DNA of 64,000 bases from contig JAZUMK010000042.1 in the NCBI GenBank assembly GCA_045603585.1, forward strand, positions 10,171-74,170, given 5' to 3'. The translations under genes and the position numbers were made by a program. Source of the stretch: Clostridia bacterium. GTDB lineage: Bacteria; Bacillota; Clostridia; Christensenellales; CAG-138. The stretch's first letter is position 1, and each line of letters opens with the position of its first letter. Below, piece by piece: positions 36,860 to 46,756 of this stretch. The notes beneath the pieces were generated by a model. The model saw only the letters and a list, made by a program, of their open reading frames with translations. It did no database searches and had not been told where the DNA came from.

Positions 36860-38467
36860 ATGGCAAAAATCGACCTGAGCAAGTACGGTATTACCGGAAC
36901 CACCGAGATCGTTCATAACCCTTCCTACGAAGTTCTTTTCAACGAGGAAACCAATCCTGCCCTGGAAGGTTTTGACAAGGGCCAGGTAAGCGAGCTGGGC
37001 GCCGTAAACGTAATGACCGGCATCTACACCGGCCGCTCCCCCAAAGATAAGTACATCGTAATGGATGAAAACTCCAGGGACACCATCTGGTGGACTTCCG
37101 ACGAGTTCAAGAACGACAACAAGCCCATTTCCCAGGATACCTGGAAGGCCCTCAAGGAAATCGCGATCGACGAGCTGACCAACAAGAGGCTGTTCGTTGT
37201 TGACGCATTCTGCGGCGCAAACAAGGATACCCGCATGGCTATCCGCTTCATCGTTGAGGTTGCATGGCAGGCTCACTTTGTAGAGAATATGTTCATCATG
37301 CCTACCGCCGAAGAGCTTGAAAACTTTGAGCCCGATTTCGTTATCTTCAACGCATCCAAGGCCAAGGTTGAAAACTACAAGGAGCTGGGCCTCAATTCCG
37401 AGACCGCCGTTGCCTTCAATATCACCAGCCGTGAGTCCGTTATCATCAACACTTGGTACGGCGGCGAGATGAAGAAGGGCATGTTCTCCATGATGAACTA
37501 CTATCTGCCCCTCAAGGGCATTGCTTCCATGCACTGTTCCGCCAATACCGACATGAACGGCGAAAACACCGCCCTGTTCTTCGGCCTTTCCGGCACCGGC
37601 AAGACCACCCTGTCCACCGACCCCAAGCGTCTGCTCATCGGCGATGACGAGCACGGCTGGGATGACAAGGGCGTGTTCAACTTTGAGGGCGGCTGCTATG
37701 CAAAGGTTATCAACCTGGATAAGGAATCCGAGCCCGATATCTACAACGCCATCAAGCGCAATGCTCTGCTGGAGAACGTAACTCTGGATGCAGAGGGCAA
37801 GATCGACTTTGCCGACAAGCGCGTAACCGAGAACACCCGCGTATCCTACCCCATCGACCACATCGAGAACATCGTACGCCCCGTTTCCGCCGCTCCCGCC
37901 GCAAAGAACGTTATCTTCCTGTCCGCTGACGCTTTCGGCGTACTGCCCCCCGTTTCCGTACTGACCGACGATCAGGCTCAGTATTACTTCCTCTCCGGCT
38001 TCACTGCAAAGCTTGCAGGTACCGAGCGCGGCATTACTGAGCCCACCCCCACCTTCTCCGCTTGCTTCGGTCAGGCATTCCTTGAGCTGCATCCCACCAA
38101 GTACGCCGAGGAGCTGGTAAAGCGCATGGAACAGAGCGGCGCAAAGGCATACCTTGTAAACACCGGCTGGAACGGCACCGGCAAGCGTATCTCCATTAAG
38201 GATACCCGCGGTATCATCGATGCCATCCTCAATGGCGACATCAACAACGCCGAAACCAAGACCATCCCCTACTTCAACCTTGCAGTTCCCACCTCTCTGC
38301 CCGGCGTGGACACCAACATTCTGGATCCCCGCAACACCTACGCAGACGTATCCGAGTGGGAGACCAAGGCAAAGGATCTGGCTTCCCGCTTTGCCAAGAA
38401 CTTCGTAAAGTACACCGGCAATGACGCAGGCAAGGCTCTGATCCCCGCCGGCCCCAAGGCTGAGTAA
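36860..38467 (+). CDS. pckA: phosphoenolpyruvate carboxykinase (ATP)
   Basis: 535 aa with kinase-1a [11 protein letters not shown] and the typical ATP-PEPCK N-terminus. Confidence 0.95.
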   Translation: MAKIDLSKYGITGTTEIVHNPSYEVLFNEETNPALEGFDKGQVSELGAVNVMTGIYTGRSPKDKYIVMDENSRDTIWWTSDEFKNDNKPISQDTWKALKEIAIDELTNKRLFVVDAFCGANKDTRMAIRFIVEVAWQAHFVENMFIMPTAEELENFEPDFVIFNASKAKVENYKELGLNSETAVAFNITSRESVIINTWYGGEMKKGMFSMMNYYLPLKGIASMHCSANTDMNGENTALFFGLSGTGKTTLSTDPKRLLIGDDEHGWDDKGVFNFEGGCYAKVINLDKESEPDIYNAIKRNALLENVTLDAEGKIDFADKRVTENTRVSYPIDHIENIVRPVSAAPAAKNVIFLSADAFGVLPPVSVLTDDQAQYYFLSGFTAKLAGTERGITEPTPTFSACFGQAFLELHPTKYAEELVKRMEQSGAKAYLVNTGWNGTGKRISIKDTRGIIDAILNGDINNAETKTIPYFNLAVPTSLPGVDTNILDPRNTYADVSEWETKAKDLASRFAKNFVKYTGNDAGKALIPAGPKAE

Positions 38468-38489
38468 GCTTAAACAAAATCATACGATC

Positions 38490-38524
38490 ATACCCGGCGG
38501 AATACTCTGCCGGGTATTTTTATT
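38490..38524 (+). terminator. intrinsic terminator after pckA
   Basis: Stem ATACCCGGC/GCCGGGTAT followed by a T-run. Confidence 0.75.
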
Positions 38525-38654
38525 CCGTAAAAAATGCGGGAAAAGGCCGTTTTTCATCATATTTGCCTTGACAATGGGCGATACGTTAAGTAGCATTTAC
38601 CATGTTGGCAAAATGCGCGGCAGACTTATTGGCGGATGAAAGGATATAATCACA

Positions 38655-39521
38655 ATGCTTATAAAGGATATACTTAAATCCAGGCCTGTAACCTTCTCCT
38701 GTGAGCTGTTTCCACCAAAAGTGGGAACAGAGCTTCAGAAGGCGGATCTGGTGGTGGAAAAGACCGCTGCTCTCAAGCCTGACTTTATCAGCGTTACCTG
38801 CGGGGCAAACGGCGGAAATACCCAAAACGTGCTTCGCATGGCAAAGCATGCGGGAGAATGCGGCAGCGTCGGTCTTGCCCATCTCACCTGCGTTTCCGCA
38901 AGCCGCGAGGGAATAGCTCAGCGTATCGCCGAAATGAAGCAGAATGGCATATTCAATGTGCTGGCTCTCAGGGGAGACCTTCCCGAGGGTATGGAAAAGC
39001 CTGAGGATGCCTGTTTTCAGCATGCCAATGAGCTGGTGGAGCTGCTCAGGCAGAGCGGCGGATTCTCCGTGGGCGGCGCATGCTATCCCGAGTGTCATCC
39101 TGAAAGCTCATCCCAGGCGGAGGATATAATGTACCTTAAGCGCAAGGTGGAAGCAGGCTGCGATTTCCTTACCACCCAGATGTTCTTCGATAACGATCTG
39201 CTGTACCGCTTCCTCAACAAGCTGGCTGTAGCGGGTGTGGATGTGCCCATAATCGCAGGCATAATGCCCATAACCAGCAGCCGTCAGGTGGCCCGCATAA
39301 CAGGTCTCAGCGGCGCTCTCATGCCGCCCAGATTCCGCAATATGCTGGATCATTACGGCAGCAATGACGCCGCAATGGAGCAGGCGGGCATCGCCTATGC
39401 CTGCGAGCAGATCACAGACCTTGTGGCAAACGGCATAAGGGGCATACATATTTACACCATGAACAAGCCTGACATTGCGGGAAAGATACTGAATAACCTT
39501 TCTTCCGTATTGATGAGGTAG
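38655..39521 (+). CDS. metF: methylenetetrahydrofolate reductase
   Basis: 288 aa. FSCELFPPK... and the TTQMFFD motif are typical of MetF. Confidence 0.9.
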   Translation: MLIKDILKSRPVTFSCELFPPKVGTELQKADLVVEKTAALKPDFISVTCGANGGNTQNVLRMAKHAGECGSVGLAHLTCVSASREGIAQRIAEMKQNGIFNVLALRGDLPEGMEKPEDACFQHANELVELLRQSGGFSVGGACYPECHPESSSQAEDIMYLKRKVEAGCDFLTTQMFFDNDLLYRFLNKLAVAGVDVPIIAGIMPITSSRQVARITGLSGALMPPRFRNMLDHYGSNDAAMEQAGIAYACEQITDLVANGIRGIHIYTMNKPDIAGKILNNLSSVLMR

Positions 39522-39525
39522 CATA

Positions 39526-40161
39526 ATGCGCATACGTCAGGAGGAGGCCCTCAGATACCTTGGGGCGAAAATACCGGACGGGGACAGCGTTGCCCTTATT
39601 GAAGGGGCATGGCAGAAACTGCAGCGCATAGCCTCTCCCCGCCACAGGGTAATAAGGGTCAGCGTGGAAACCGGGGAAAGCATAGTCAAAATAGCCGACT
39701 TTCAGGCGGAGTCTTCCTCCCTTGGCATAAACCTCAGGGGCTGCAGCGAAGCATATCTGCTGGCGGCAACCCTTGGCGCAGAGGTGGACAGGGAGATGAC
39801 CAGACTTGGCGCAATCAATGTGGCGCAGGCCTTTGCATTGCAGGCGGCTGCGGCAAGCGTATTGGAGTGCTGCTGCGATGATGTGTGCGATGAGCTGGCG
39901 GAGGAGCTGAAGGAAGAAGGGCTGTATCTAAGGCCCCGCTTTTCTCCCGGCTACGGCGGCTTTTCAATACAGCATCAGAGCGATATTTTAAGATTGCTGG
40001 AAGGGGGAAGGATAGGCATGGGAGAAACCGCATCCCATATGCTCACCCCGCTTAAATCCGTTACCGCCGTGATAGGCATATCCTCAAAGCCCGGCCTTTG
40101 TCATGACAGCAAGTGCGAACTCTGCGGCAAGACGGACTGCCTGTTCAGAAAGGAACAATAA
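39526..40161 (+). CDS. stand-alone methionine synthase activation (reactivation) domain protein
   Basis: 211 aa of Met_synt_B12-type sequence (RFSPGYGG...). It sits directly upstream of, and is TAATG-coupled to, a metH that lacks this domain. Confidence 0.75.
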   Translation: MRIRQEEALRYLGAKIPDGDSVALIEGAWQKLQRIASPRHRVIRVSVETGESIVKIADFQAESSSLGINLRGCSEAYLLAATLGAEVDREMTRLGAINVAQAFALQAAAASVLECCCDDVCDELAEELKEEGLYLRPRFSPGYGGFSIQHQSDILRLLEGGRIGMGETASHMLTPLKSVTAVIGISSKPGLCHDSKCELCGKTDCLFRKEQ

Positions 40162-42533
40162 TGGCTGAATTTATAGATTTACTGGGCAAAAAACTGCTGT
40201 TTTTCGATGGAGGCATGGGCACCATGCTTCAGAGCGCAGGCCTTAAGCCCGGCGAAATACCGGATATCTGGAACGTTACCAATGGTGATAAGGTCATTGC
40301 CGTTCACAAGGCATACGCTGAGGCAGGCAGCAATATCATAATCACCAATACCTTCGGCTGCAACGAACTTAAGCTTGCAGGCTCCGGCTATACTGCGGCG
40401 GAGATCGCCGCCGCATCCGTACGCAATGCAAAGGCGGCCATAGCAGGCCTTGAGGACAGGTTTGTTGCGCTGGACATAGGCCCCAGCGGCAAGCTGCTAA
40501 AGCCCCTTGGCGATCTGGATTTTGAGGATGCCGTTGAGCTGTTTGCAAAGACTGTACGCGGCGGCGCCAGGGAAAATCCCGATCTTATCCTCATTGAAAC
40601 CATGTCGGATGCATACGAGCTGAAGGCGGCAGTATTGGCGGCAAAGGAAAACTCCGATCTGCCCATAGCTGCCACCGTTACCTTGGACAGCAAGGGCAAG
40701 CTTCTGACCGGCGGCGATGTGGAAAGCGTGTGCGCCTTGCTGGAGGGTCTTGGAGTGGATGCCATAGGTCTCAACTGCGGCCTTGGCCCCAGGGAAATGC
40801 TGCCCTTTTTGAAGCGGCTCAAGGGTGTATGCTCCCTGCCCATGGTACTTCAGCCCAATGCGGGTCTTCCCCGCTCCGAAAAGGGCAGGACGGTATTCGA
40901 CGTTGGCCCCGAGGAATTTGCCGAGCTTATGGAAAGCTGCATTTCAGAGGGCGTATGGCTGGCGGGCGGCTGCTGCGGCACTACCCCTGCCCATATCGGG
41001 GCGCTGGTAAAGCGCTGCGGCAAAATGAATCCTCCCCCTGTGGAGAAGAAGACACTTACCGTGGCCGCATCATACGGTCAGGCTTTGTACTTTGGCAAAG
41101 ATACCAGACTCATCGGCGAGCGCATAAACCCCACCGGCAAGCCCCGCATGAAAAAGGCGCTGCTGGAAGGCGACTACGATATGATACTGCAGGAGGGCAT
41201 ACTTCAGCAGGAGCAGGGCGCCCATGCGCTGGATGTGAATGCAGGCCTGCCGGGTATTGACGAGGCGGCTGTGCTTGCGTCCCTTACAAAGCAGCTTCAG
41301 GGGGTAACAGACCTTCCCCTGCAGCTGGACTCCGCAGACCCCGCCGCCCTTGAAATGGCTCTGAGGATATACAACGGCAAGGCCATAATCAATTCTGTAA
41401 ACGGCAAGCAGAGCAGCATGGATGCTGTATTTCCCCTTGCAAAGAAATACGGCGGCGTGATAGTTGCGCTCACTTTGGATGAAAGCGGCATACCTGAGGA
41501 TGCCGAGGGACGCATGGCCATTGCCCGCAGGATACTGGACAATGCCAAGCAGTACGGCCTTGAACCCCATGATTTTATATTTGATCCCCTTACCCTTACC
41601 GTAAGTGCGGGAGGGGACAACGGCAGGATAACATTGGAATGTGTTCGCAGGCTCCGTGACGAGCTGGGGGTATGTACTTCCCTTGGCGTATCCAATGTGT
41701 CCTTCGGCCTGCCAAACAGGGGTCAGCTCAACAGCGGCTTCCTTACCCTTGCAATGGGGGCAGGCTTGTCTGCCGCAATAGTAAATCCCCATGCTCCCGG
41801 CATGATGGAAGCATATAAGTCTGCCCGCGCCCTTCTGGGCATGGATGAAAACTGTGCCGATTATATAGCGGCATTCAGCGGCGAAGCCGCCGCCGCAGCG
41901 GCTGTGCCCCAGGAGGGAATGTCTCTTTATGATAGCGTATTGAAGGGGCTCAAGAGCGCTGCAATACAGGCCGCAGAGCGGGAGCTTATGGATAAGAGCC
42001 CCCTTGAGGTGATAGATCAGGCCATGGTGCCTGCGCTGAATACCGCAGGAGAAAGGTTTGAAAAGGGAACCATGTTCCTGCCCCAGCTGCTGATGTGCGC
42101 GGAGGCCGCAAAGGGCGCCTTCGGCGTCATCCGCTCCCGCATGGGAGAAGGGGAAGGCATGAGCCGCGGCAAGGTGGTTTTAGCCACCGTTCAGGGCGAT
42201 GTTCACGATATCGGCAAGAATATCGTAAAGGCGCTGCTGGAAAATTACAGGTTCAAGGTAATAGACCTTGGCAAGGATGTGCCTCCCGAGGAGGTTGTAA
42301 AGGCGGCAAAGGAACAGGGCGCAGGCCTTGTGGGGCTTTCTGCACTGATGACCACCACTGTGCCTGCCATGCAGCGCACCATTGAGCTGGTGAAGAAGGA
42401 GCTGCCCGGCTGCAGAGTGATGTGCGGCGGCGCAGTGCTTACCGGGGACTATGCAAGGCAAATAGGCGCAGATTACTACACAAAGGATGCCATGGCCGGC
42501 GTGCGCTGTGCCATGGAGGTATATCCCGAATAG
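40161..42533 (+). CDS. metH: cobalamin-dependent methionine synthase (Hcy-binding, pterin-binding and B12-binding domains)
   Basis: LLFFDGGMGT, GGCCGTTP and a B12-binding DxHxxG-type motif (GDVHDIGKN). The ATG at 40161 is preferred over the track start at 40113. Confidence 0.9.
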   Translation: MAEFIDLLGKKLLFFDGGMGTMLQSAGLKPGEIPDIWNVTNGDKVIAVHKAYAEAGSNIIITNTFGCNELKLAGSGYTAAEIAAASVRNAKAAIAGLEDRFVALDIGPSGKLLKPLGDLDFEDAVELFAKTVRGGARENPDLILIETMSDAYELKAAVLAAKENSDLPIAATVTLDSKGKLLTGGDVESVCALLEGLGVDAIGLNCGLGPREMLPFLKRLKGVCSLPMVLQPNAGLPRSEKGRTVFDVGPEEFAELMESCISEGVWLAGGCCGTTPAHIGALVKRCGKMNPPPVEKKTLTVAASYGQALYFGKDTRLIGERINPTGKPRMKKALLEGDYDMILQEGILQQEQGAHALDVNAGLPGIDEAAVLASLTKQLQGVTDLPLQLDSADPAALEMALRIYNGKAIINSVNGKQSSMDAVFPLAKKYGGVIVALTLDESGIPEDAEGRMAIARRILDNAKQYGLEPHDFIFDPLTLTVSAGGDNGRITLECVRRLRDELGVCTSLGVSNVSFGLPNRGQLNSGFLTLAMGAGLSAAIVNPHAPGMMEAYKSARALLGMDENCADYIAAFSGEAAAAAAVPQEGMSLYDSVLKGLKSAAIQAAERELMDKSPLEVIDQAMVPALNTAGERFEKGTMFLPQLLMCAEAAKGAFGVIRSRMGEGEGMSRGKVVLATVQGDVHDIGKNIVKALLENYRFKVIDLGKDVPPEEVVKAAKEQGAGLVGLSALMTTTVPAMQRTIELVKKELPGCRVMCGGAVLTGDYARQIGADYYTKDAMAGVRCAMEVYPE

Positions 42534-42551
42534 CACAAAACAACATAAAAG

Positions 42552-42585
42552 GCCGGGCTGTTCACATTTTCAGCCCGGCTTTTAT
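42552..42585 (+). terminator. intrinsic terminator after metH
   Basis: Stem GCCGGGCTG/CAGCCCGGC followed by a T-run. Confidence 0.75.
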
Positions 42586-42599
42586 AATGCCTGCAAACT

Positions 42600-43055
42600 T
42601 TATGGGGTTATTGTCCAGCGGCAGAAGGAAGGCCTGTTGGGATGAATTTTGTCCGGAGTGTTCCATATTTCTGCGCTGTCCAGCTCTTTGATATGGCTTT
42701 CTGTAAGCTCGCTGATGGAAATACGTCGGCCGTGGATAACGGGACTGTCCTCATATTCGCAATATGCTGACAGCCATACATGCCACAGCTCAACGCTGTC
42801 CGTATGCTGCAAAGCGGCTTTTATGTATTTTATGATTTGCCCGGCTCTGCCATGGGTATAGTTCCATTCCAGCCAAACGCCGTACTTCTTATCGGAATAA
42901 TCTCCCACTTCCTCAAAAATATGCAGAAAGAAGTTATCCTCGGCCTCTCCGTCGTATACCGTGCCAAGGTCAAGGTTTATCTCAGGGGGATAGTCCCGGG
43001 AGGGAGAATGGGTTGGCAGGGGGTGATCTGAGGCTATAAACGTGCAAACGCTCAT
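42600..43055 (-). CDS. hypothetical protein
   Basis: 151 aa with a GAGGAG RBS, 14 nt downstream of the nitrilase-family gene stop, so probably in the same operon. Confidence 0.55.
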   Translation of the reverse strand: MSVCTFIASDHPLPTHSPSRDYPPEINLDLGTVYDGEAEDNFFLHIFEEVGDYSDKKYGVWLEWNYTHGRAGQIIKYIKAALQHTDSVELWHVWLSAYCEYEDSPVIHGRRISISELTESHIKELDSAEIWNTPDKIHPNRPSFCRWTITP

Positions 43056-43069
43056 GACGCTAAGCTCCT

Positions 43070-43867
43070 CTACTCATTCTGTGAGATTTGGTAAACATCC
43101 GGCCGCCTGTCGCGGAATACGGGAATGGCGGAGCGGACGGCTGGGATGCGGGCCGGATCCAGCTCAGCCGTGAGTATCTCTTCGGCTCCTCCCGCTATGG
43201 CAATGGTTTCCCCAAGGGGATTGATTATTATGGATCTTCCGCCGAATTGGGTGGCGCCCGCCCTGCCGCAGGAATTGCAGCAGACAACATATGCCTGATT
43301 TTCTATTGCCCTTGCGGCGGCAAGGGTATGGAGGTGGGGGATGCGTACATCCGGCCATTGGGATACCATGAACAAAACATCCATGCCCTTGAGGGCAAGG
43401 GAACGGATAAGCTCGGGGAAGCGGATATCGTAGCAGATGACCAGACCGCATTTTACTCCGTCCGGCTCAAAGGAGCAGAGGGTATCCCCGGGGGTGTATA
43501 TGCGGTTTTCCCCCATCGGGGAGAAAAGATGGGTTTTATTGTAGGAGGCAATGCAGCTGCCCTGCCTGTCGAATACAAGAGAAGTATTGTACAGCCTGCC
43601 GTCATGAAAATCCGAAATGCTACCTGCGATAATATTTATGCAGTATTTTTTTGCAAGGCCGCCTATCAGTTCCTTGACGGCAGCTGCAGCACCGGCTGCC
43701 ATATAGTTGAGATCCTGCTCGGGATAAAAGCCGGTATTCCATGTTTCCGGCAGCAAAATCACGTCCGGTGCCTGTTTTGCGGCCTGCCCGATCAGCTCCG
43801 CCGCATGGGCATAGTTGGCTTCCGGACGGCCCAGCTCCATATTCATCTGGATACAGCATACCTTCAT
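43070..43867 (-). CDS. carbon-nitrogen hydrolase (nitrilase superfamily)
   Basis: MKVCCIQMNMELG..., LPETWNTGF and CYDIRFPE (catalytic Cys) motifs. The start at 43867 is preferred; the track ORF extends to 44029. Confidence 0.8.
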   Translation of the reverse strand: MKVCCIQMNMELGRPEANYAHAAELIGQAAKQAPDVILLPETWNTGFYPEQDLNYMAAGAAAAVKELIGGLAKKYCINIIAGSISDFHDGRLYNTSLVFDRQGSCIASYNKTHLFSPMGENRIYTPGDTLCSFEPDGVKCGLVICYDIRFPELIRSLALKGMDVLFMVSQWPDVRIPHLHTLAAARAIENQAYVVCCNSCGRAGATQFGGRSIIINPLGETIAIAGGAEEILTAELDPARIPAVRSAIPVFRDRRPDVYQISQNE

Positions 43868-43963
43868 AATATGCAGCCCCTTTGCATAAAAATATATAAA
43901 TATATTATACCAGACTTGAACGAACCGGACAATACGCCTCAGCGCGCAATGGGATTTTCGGTG

Positions 43964-43992
43964 TTGACAAGATGCGGTTTTGCTGTTATCAT
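43964..43992 (+). promoter_or_regulatory. promoter of the metY leader
   Basis: TTGACA (43964..43969), 17 nt, TATCAT (43987..43992). Confidence 0.6.
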
Positions 43993-44046
43993 CTTCTGCA
44001 ATGGGTCGTTTGACCCGGCAATCTTTCAAAGGAGGTATAGTTTCAC

Positions 44047-44109
44047 ATGATGAATATGTTTGCTATGATGATGCGTTATACCGCCTTTGATAATGCTCGC
44101 CGGGGCTAA
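44047..44109 (+). CDS. candidate Met-rich leader peptide (20 aa: MMNMFAMMMRYTAFDNARRG)
   Basis: Six ATG codons fall within the first nine codons. GGAGG lies 11 nt upstream. The ORF sits between a promoter and an intrinsic terminator, directly upstream of metY. Confidence 0.55.
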   Translation: MMNMFAMMMRYTAFDNARRG

Positions 44110-44132
44110 CTTCTCCAGCAAGAGCGAAATTC

Positions 44133-44170
44133 AAGGCGGTTATTGGCGTTGCACCAATAGCCGCTTTTTT
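44133..44170 (+). terminator. attenuator terminator upstream of metY
   Basis: Stem AAGGCGGTTATTGG (44133..44146) / CCAATAGCCGCTT (44154..), followed by TTTTTT at 44165..44170. It is located inside the 5' leader. Confidence 0.75.
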
Positions 44171-44213
44171 ATTGCAAATTAATCAATTTACACCATATCA
44201 GGAGGAAAGAACA

Positions 44214-45494
44214 ATGGCAGAACAGACCATCGGCACCAAATGCGTACAGGGCGGCTACACCCCCGGCAACGGCGAGCCCCGCCAGATACCCATAATCCAG
44301 AGCACCACCTTCAAATACCAAAGCAGCGCCGAGATGGGCAAGCTCTTTGTCCTTGCGGCCAGCGGATACTTCTACACCCGCCTGCAGAATCCCACCAACG
44401 ATGCGGTTGCCGCAAAGATCGCAGCCCTTGAGGGCGGCACTGCCGCAATGCTCACCTCCTCCGGTCAGGCGGCAAATTTCTACGCGGTGTTCAATATTGC
44501 ATCCTGCGGCGATCACGTTGTAAGCTCCTCCAGCATTTACGGCGGCAGCTTCAATCTTTTCTCCGTAACCATGAAGCGCATGGGTATCGAGTTTACCTTT
44601 GTTTCTCCCGATTGCACCGATGAGGAGCTGAATGCGGCATTCCGCCCCAATACCAAGGCGGTATTCGGCGAGACCATCGCAAATCCTGCACTCACCGTAC
44701 TGGATATTGAGCGATTTGCAAAGGCTGCCCATGACCACGGCGTACCCCTCATCATTGACAACACCTTTGCCACCCCCATAAACTGCCGTCCCTTTGAATG
44801 GGGTGCGGATATCGTGACACACTCCACCACCAAGTACATGGACGGCCACGGTGCAGGCGTTGGCGGCTGCATAGTGGACTCCGGCAGGTTTGACTGGACA
44901 AAGTACCCCAAAAAGTTCCCCGGCCTCTGTACTCCGGATGCCAGCTATCACGGCGTAACCTATACAGAGCGTTTCGGCCTTGAGGGAGCATACATCACCA
45001 AGGCCACCGCCCAGCTGATGAGGGATTTCGGCTCCACACAGTCTCCCCAGAATGCATTTATACTGAACCTTGGCCTTGAAAGCCTCCATGTGAGGGTAAA
45101 GCGCCATTGCGAAAACGCACAGGCGGTTGCAGAGTATCTTAAGAGCAATCCCAAGGTGGAATGGGTGCAGTACTGCGGCCTTGAAGGGGATAAGTACTAC
45201 GAGCTGGGCAAAAAGTATCTGCCCAACGGCTCCTGCGGTGTTGTGAGCTTCGGCGTAAAGGGCGGCCGTGAGGCTGCCGAAAGGTTCATGGGCAGGCTCA
45301 AGATAGCCGCCATAGAGACCCACGTTGCAGATGCCCGCACCTGCTGCCTGCATCCTGCCAGCTCCACCCACCGCCAGATGACGGATGCAGAGCTGAAAGC
45401 AGCCGGCGTTTCCCCTGACCTTGTGCGCTATTCCTGCGGTCTGGAAGATGCGGCAGACCTTATTGCCGATATAGAGCAGGCCCTTAACGACTAA
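44214..45494 (+). CDS. metY: O-acetylhomoserine aminocarboxypropyltransferase / sulfhydrylase
   Basis: 426 aa of the Cys/Met-metabolism PLP family (STTKYMDGHG lysine motif). The ATG at 44214 has an AGGAGG RBS. Confidence 0.9.
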   Translation: MAEQTIGTKCVQGGYTPGNGEPRQIPIIQSTTFKYQSSAEMGKLFVLAASGYFYTRLQNPTNDAVAAKIAALEGGTAAMLTSSGQAANFYAVFNIASCGDHVVSSSSIYGGSFNLFSVTMKRMGIEFTFVSPDCTDEELNAAFRPNTKAVFGETIANPALTVLDIERFAKAAHDHGVPLIIDNTFATPINCRPFEWGADIVTHSTTKYMDGHGAGVGGCIVDSGRFDWTKYPKKFPGLCTPDASYHGVTYTERFGLEGAYITKATAQLMRDFGSTQSPQNAFILNLGLESLHVRVKRHCENAQAVAEYLKSNPKVEWVQYCGLEGDKYYELGKKYLPNGSCGVVSFGVKGGREAAERFMGRLKIAAIETHVADARTCCLHPASSTHRQMTDAELKAAGVSPDLVRYSCGLEDAADLIADIEQALND

Positions 45495-45732
45495 AAGTGT
45501 CGCAAAAGTCCTGTTGGGACTTTTGCGAGAGAACAGATTTTGCCTAAAACGCCAAGGCGTTGACCGGCGGCAAAATCTGCAAAGTGCGAAAACCTTGCGG
45601 TTTTCATCCGTTCTGACGCACATGTCGTCAGAGCCGGATTGAAAATCAAGGGGTGCGCCCCTTGATAATCCCCGAGAAACACTTATTCGATAAAGTGTAA
45701 TCATCTAAAACTAACTAACGGAGGACGTAACC

Positions 45733-46659
45733 GTGCCTATAAAAATACCCAATCAGCTTCCCGCAACTCAGGTGCTCACCGACGAAAACATCTTCGTCAT
45801 GACCGAAACCAGAGCAATGACGCAGGATATCCGCCCCCTGCAGATACTTGTGCTCAACCTGATGCCCACCAAGATAGAGACCGAAACTCAGCTGGCACGC
45901 CTGCTGGGAAACACCCCTCTTCAGGTGGAGCTGGAGCTGATGCAGACACAGAGCTACGTTCCCCAGAATACCGCCGCCGATCACATGATCAAGTTCTATA
46001 CCACCTTTGACAAGGTGAAGGACCGCTACTTTGACGGCATGGTGATAACAGGCGCTCCTGTGGAAAAGCTGGATTTTCAGGATGTGCAGTATTGGGATGA
46101 GCTTTGCGAAATAATGGAATGGAGCAAAACCCATGTGCACAGCACCTTCCACATCTGCTGGGCGGCTCAGGCGGCATTGTATTATCATTACGGCATACCC
46201 AAGGTGGAGCTGCCCGAAAAGCTTTCCGGCGTATATCTCCATAAGGTGGACCGCCGCAGCTCCATGCTCCTCCGCGGCTTTGACGAGGCCTTCTGGGTAC
46301 CCCATTCCCGCAACACCACCGTACGCCTTGAGGATGTGAAGGCTTGCCCCAAGCTGAAGGTACTGTCCACCTCTCCACGGGCCGGCGTATATGCCCTTGC
46401 CACCGAGGGCGGCCGCCAGATATTCATCACCGGCCATTCCGAATACGACAGGGATACCCTCAAGAAGGAATATCTTCGCGACAAAAATGCGGGGCTTGAT
46501 CCCAAGGTGCCGGAAAACTACTTCCCCAATGATGACGATACAAAGGACCCTCTGGTAAAGTGGCGGGGCCATGCAAGCCTGCTGTATCAGAACTGGCTCA
46601 ATTATTACGTATATCAGGCCACGCCCTACAATATCCTCACCATTCAGCCCATATCCTGA
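45733..46659 (+). CDS. metA: homoserine O-acyltransferase MetA (acetyl/succinyl type)
   Basis: [11 protein letters not shown]...[10 protein letters not shown] and the conserved MetA core. GTG start with a GGAGGA RBS. Confidence 0.9.
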   Translation: MPIKIPNQLPATQVLTDENIFVMTETRAMTQDIRPLQILVLNLMPTKIETETQLARLLGNTPLQVELELMQTQSYVPQNTAADHMIKFYTTFDKVKDRYFDGMVITGAPVEKLDFQDVQYWDELCEIMEWSKTHVHSTFHICWAAQAALYYHYGIPKVELPEKLSGVYLHKVDRRSSMLLRGFDEAFWVPHSRNTTVRLEDVKACPKLKVLSTSPRAGVYALATEGGRQIFITGHSEYDRDTLKKEYLRDKNAGLDPKVPENYFPNDDDTKDPLVKWRGHASLLYQNWLNYYVYQATPYNILTIQPIS

Positions 46660-46756
46660 TAAGCAAAAAATGTCCGAAAATATCGGAATATCCCAAAGGC
46701 AAAATAAAACCGATGTCCGGAGGAGATCCGGGCATCGGCGGAATGGATGCGAAATA

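Noticed and set aside
40113-40160. N-terminal extension of metH in the ORF track (start at 40113); similar upstream extensions at 12077, 14732, 22483, 44172, 58042, 58772, 61812, 36689, 44029, 51881 and 54033
   Set aside because: In each case an internal ATG, GTG or TTG start has a much better Shine-Dalgarno and matches the conserved family N-terminus. The extensions overlap the preceding gene or a terminator.
43868-44213. SAM-I (S-box) riboswitch or Met T-box upstream of metY; also checked upstream of metF (38525..38654)
   Set aside because: I found none of the conserved S-box segments and no T-box sequence or specifier architecture by eye. The metF leader is too short (~70 nt after its promoter). 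This cannot be formally excluded without covariance-model scans.
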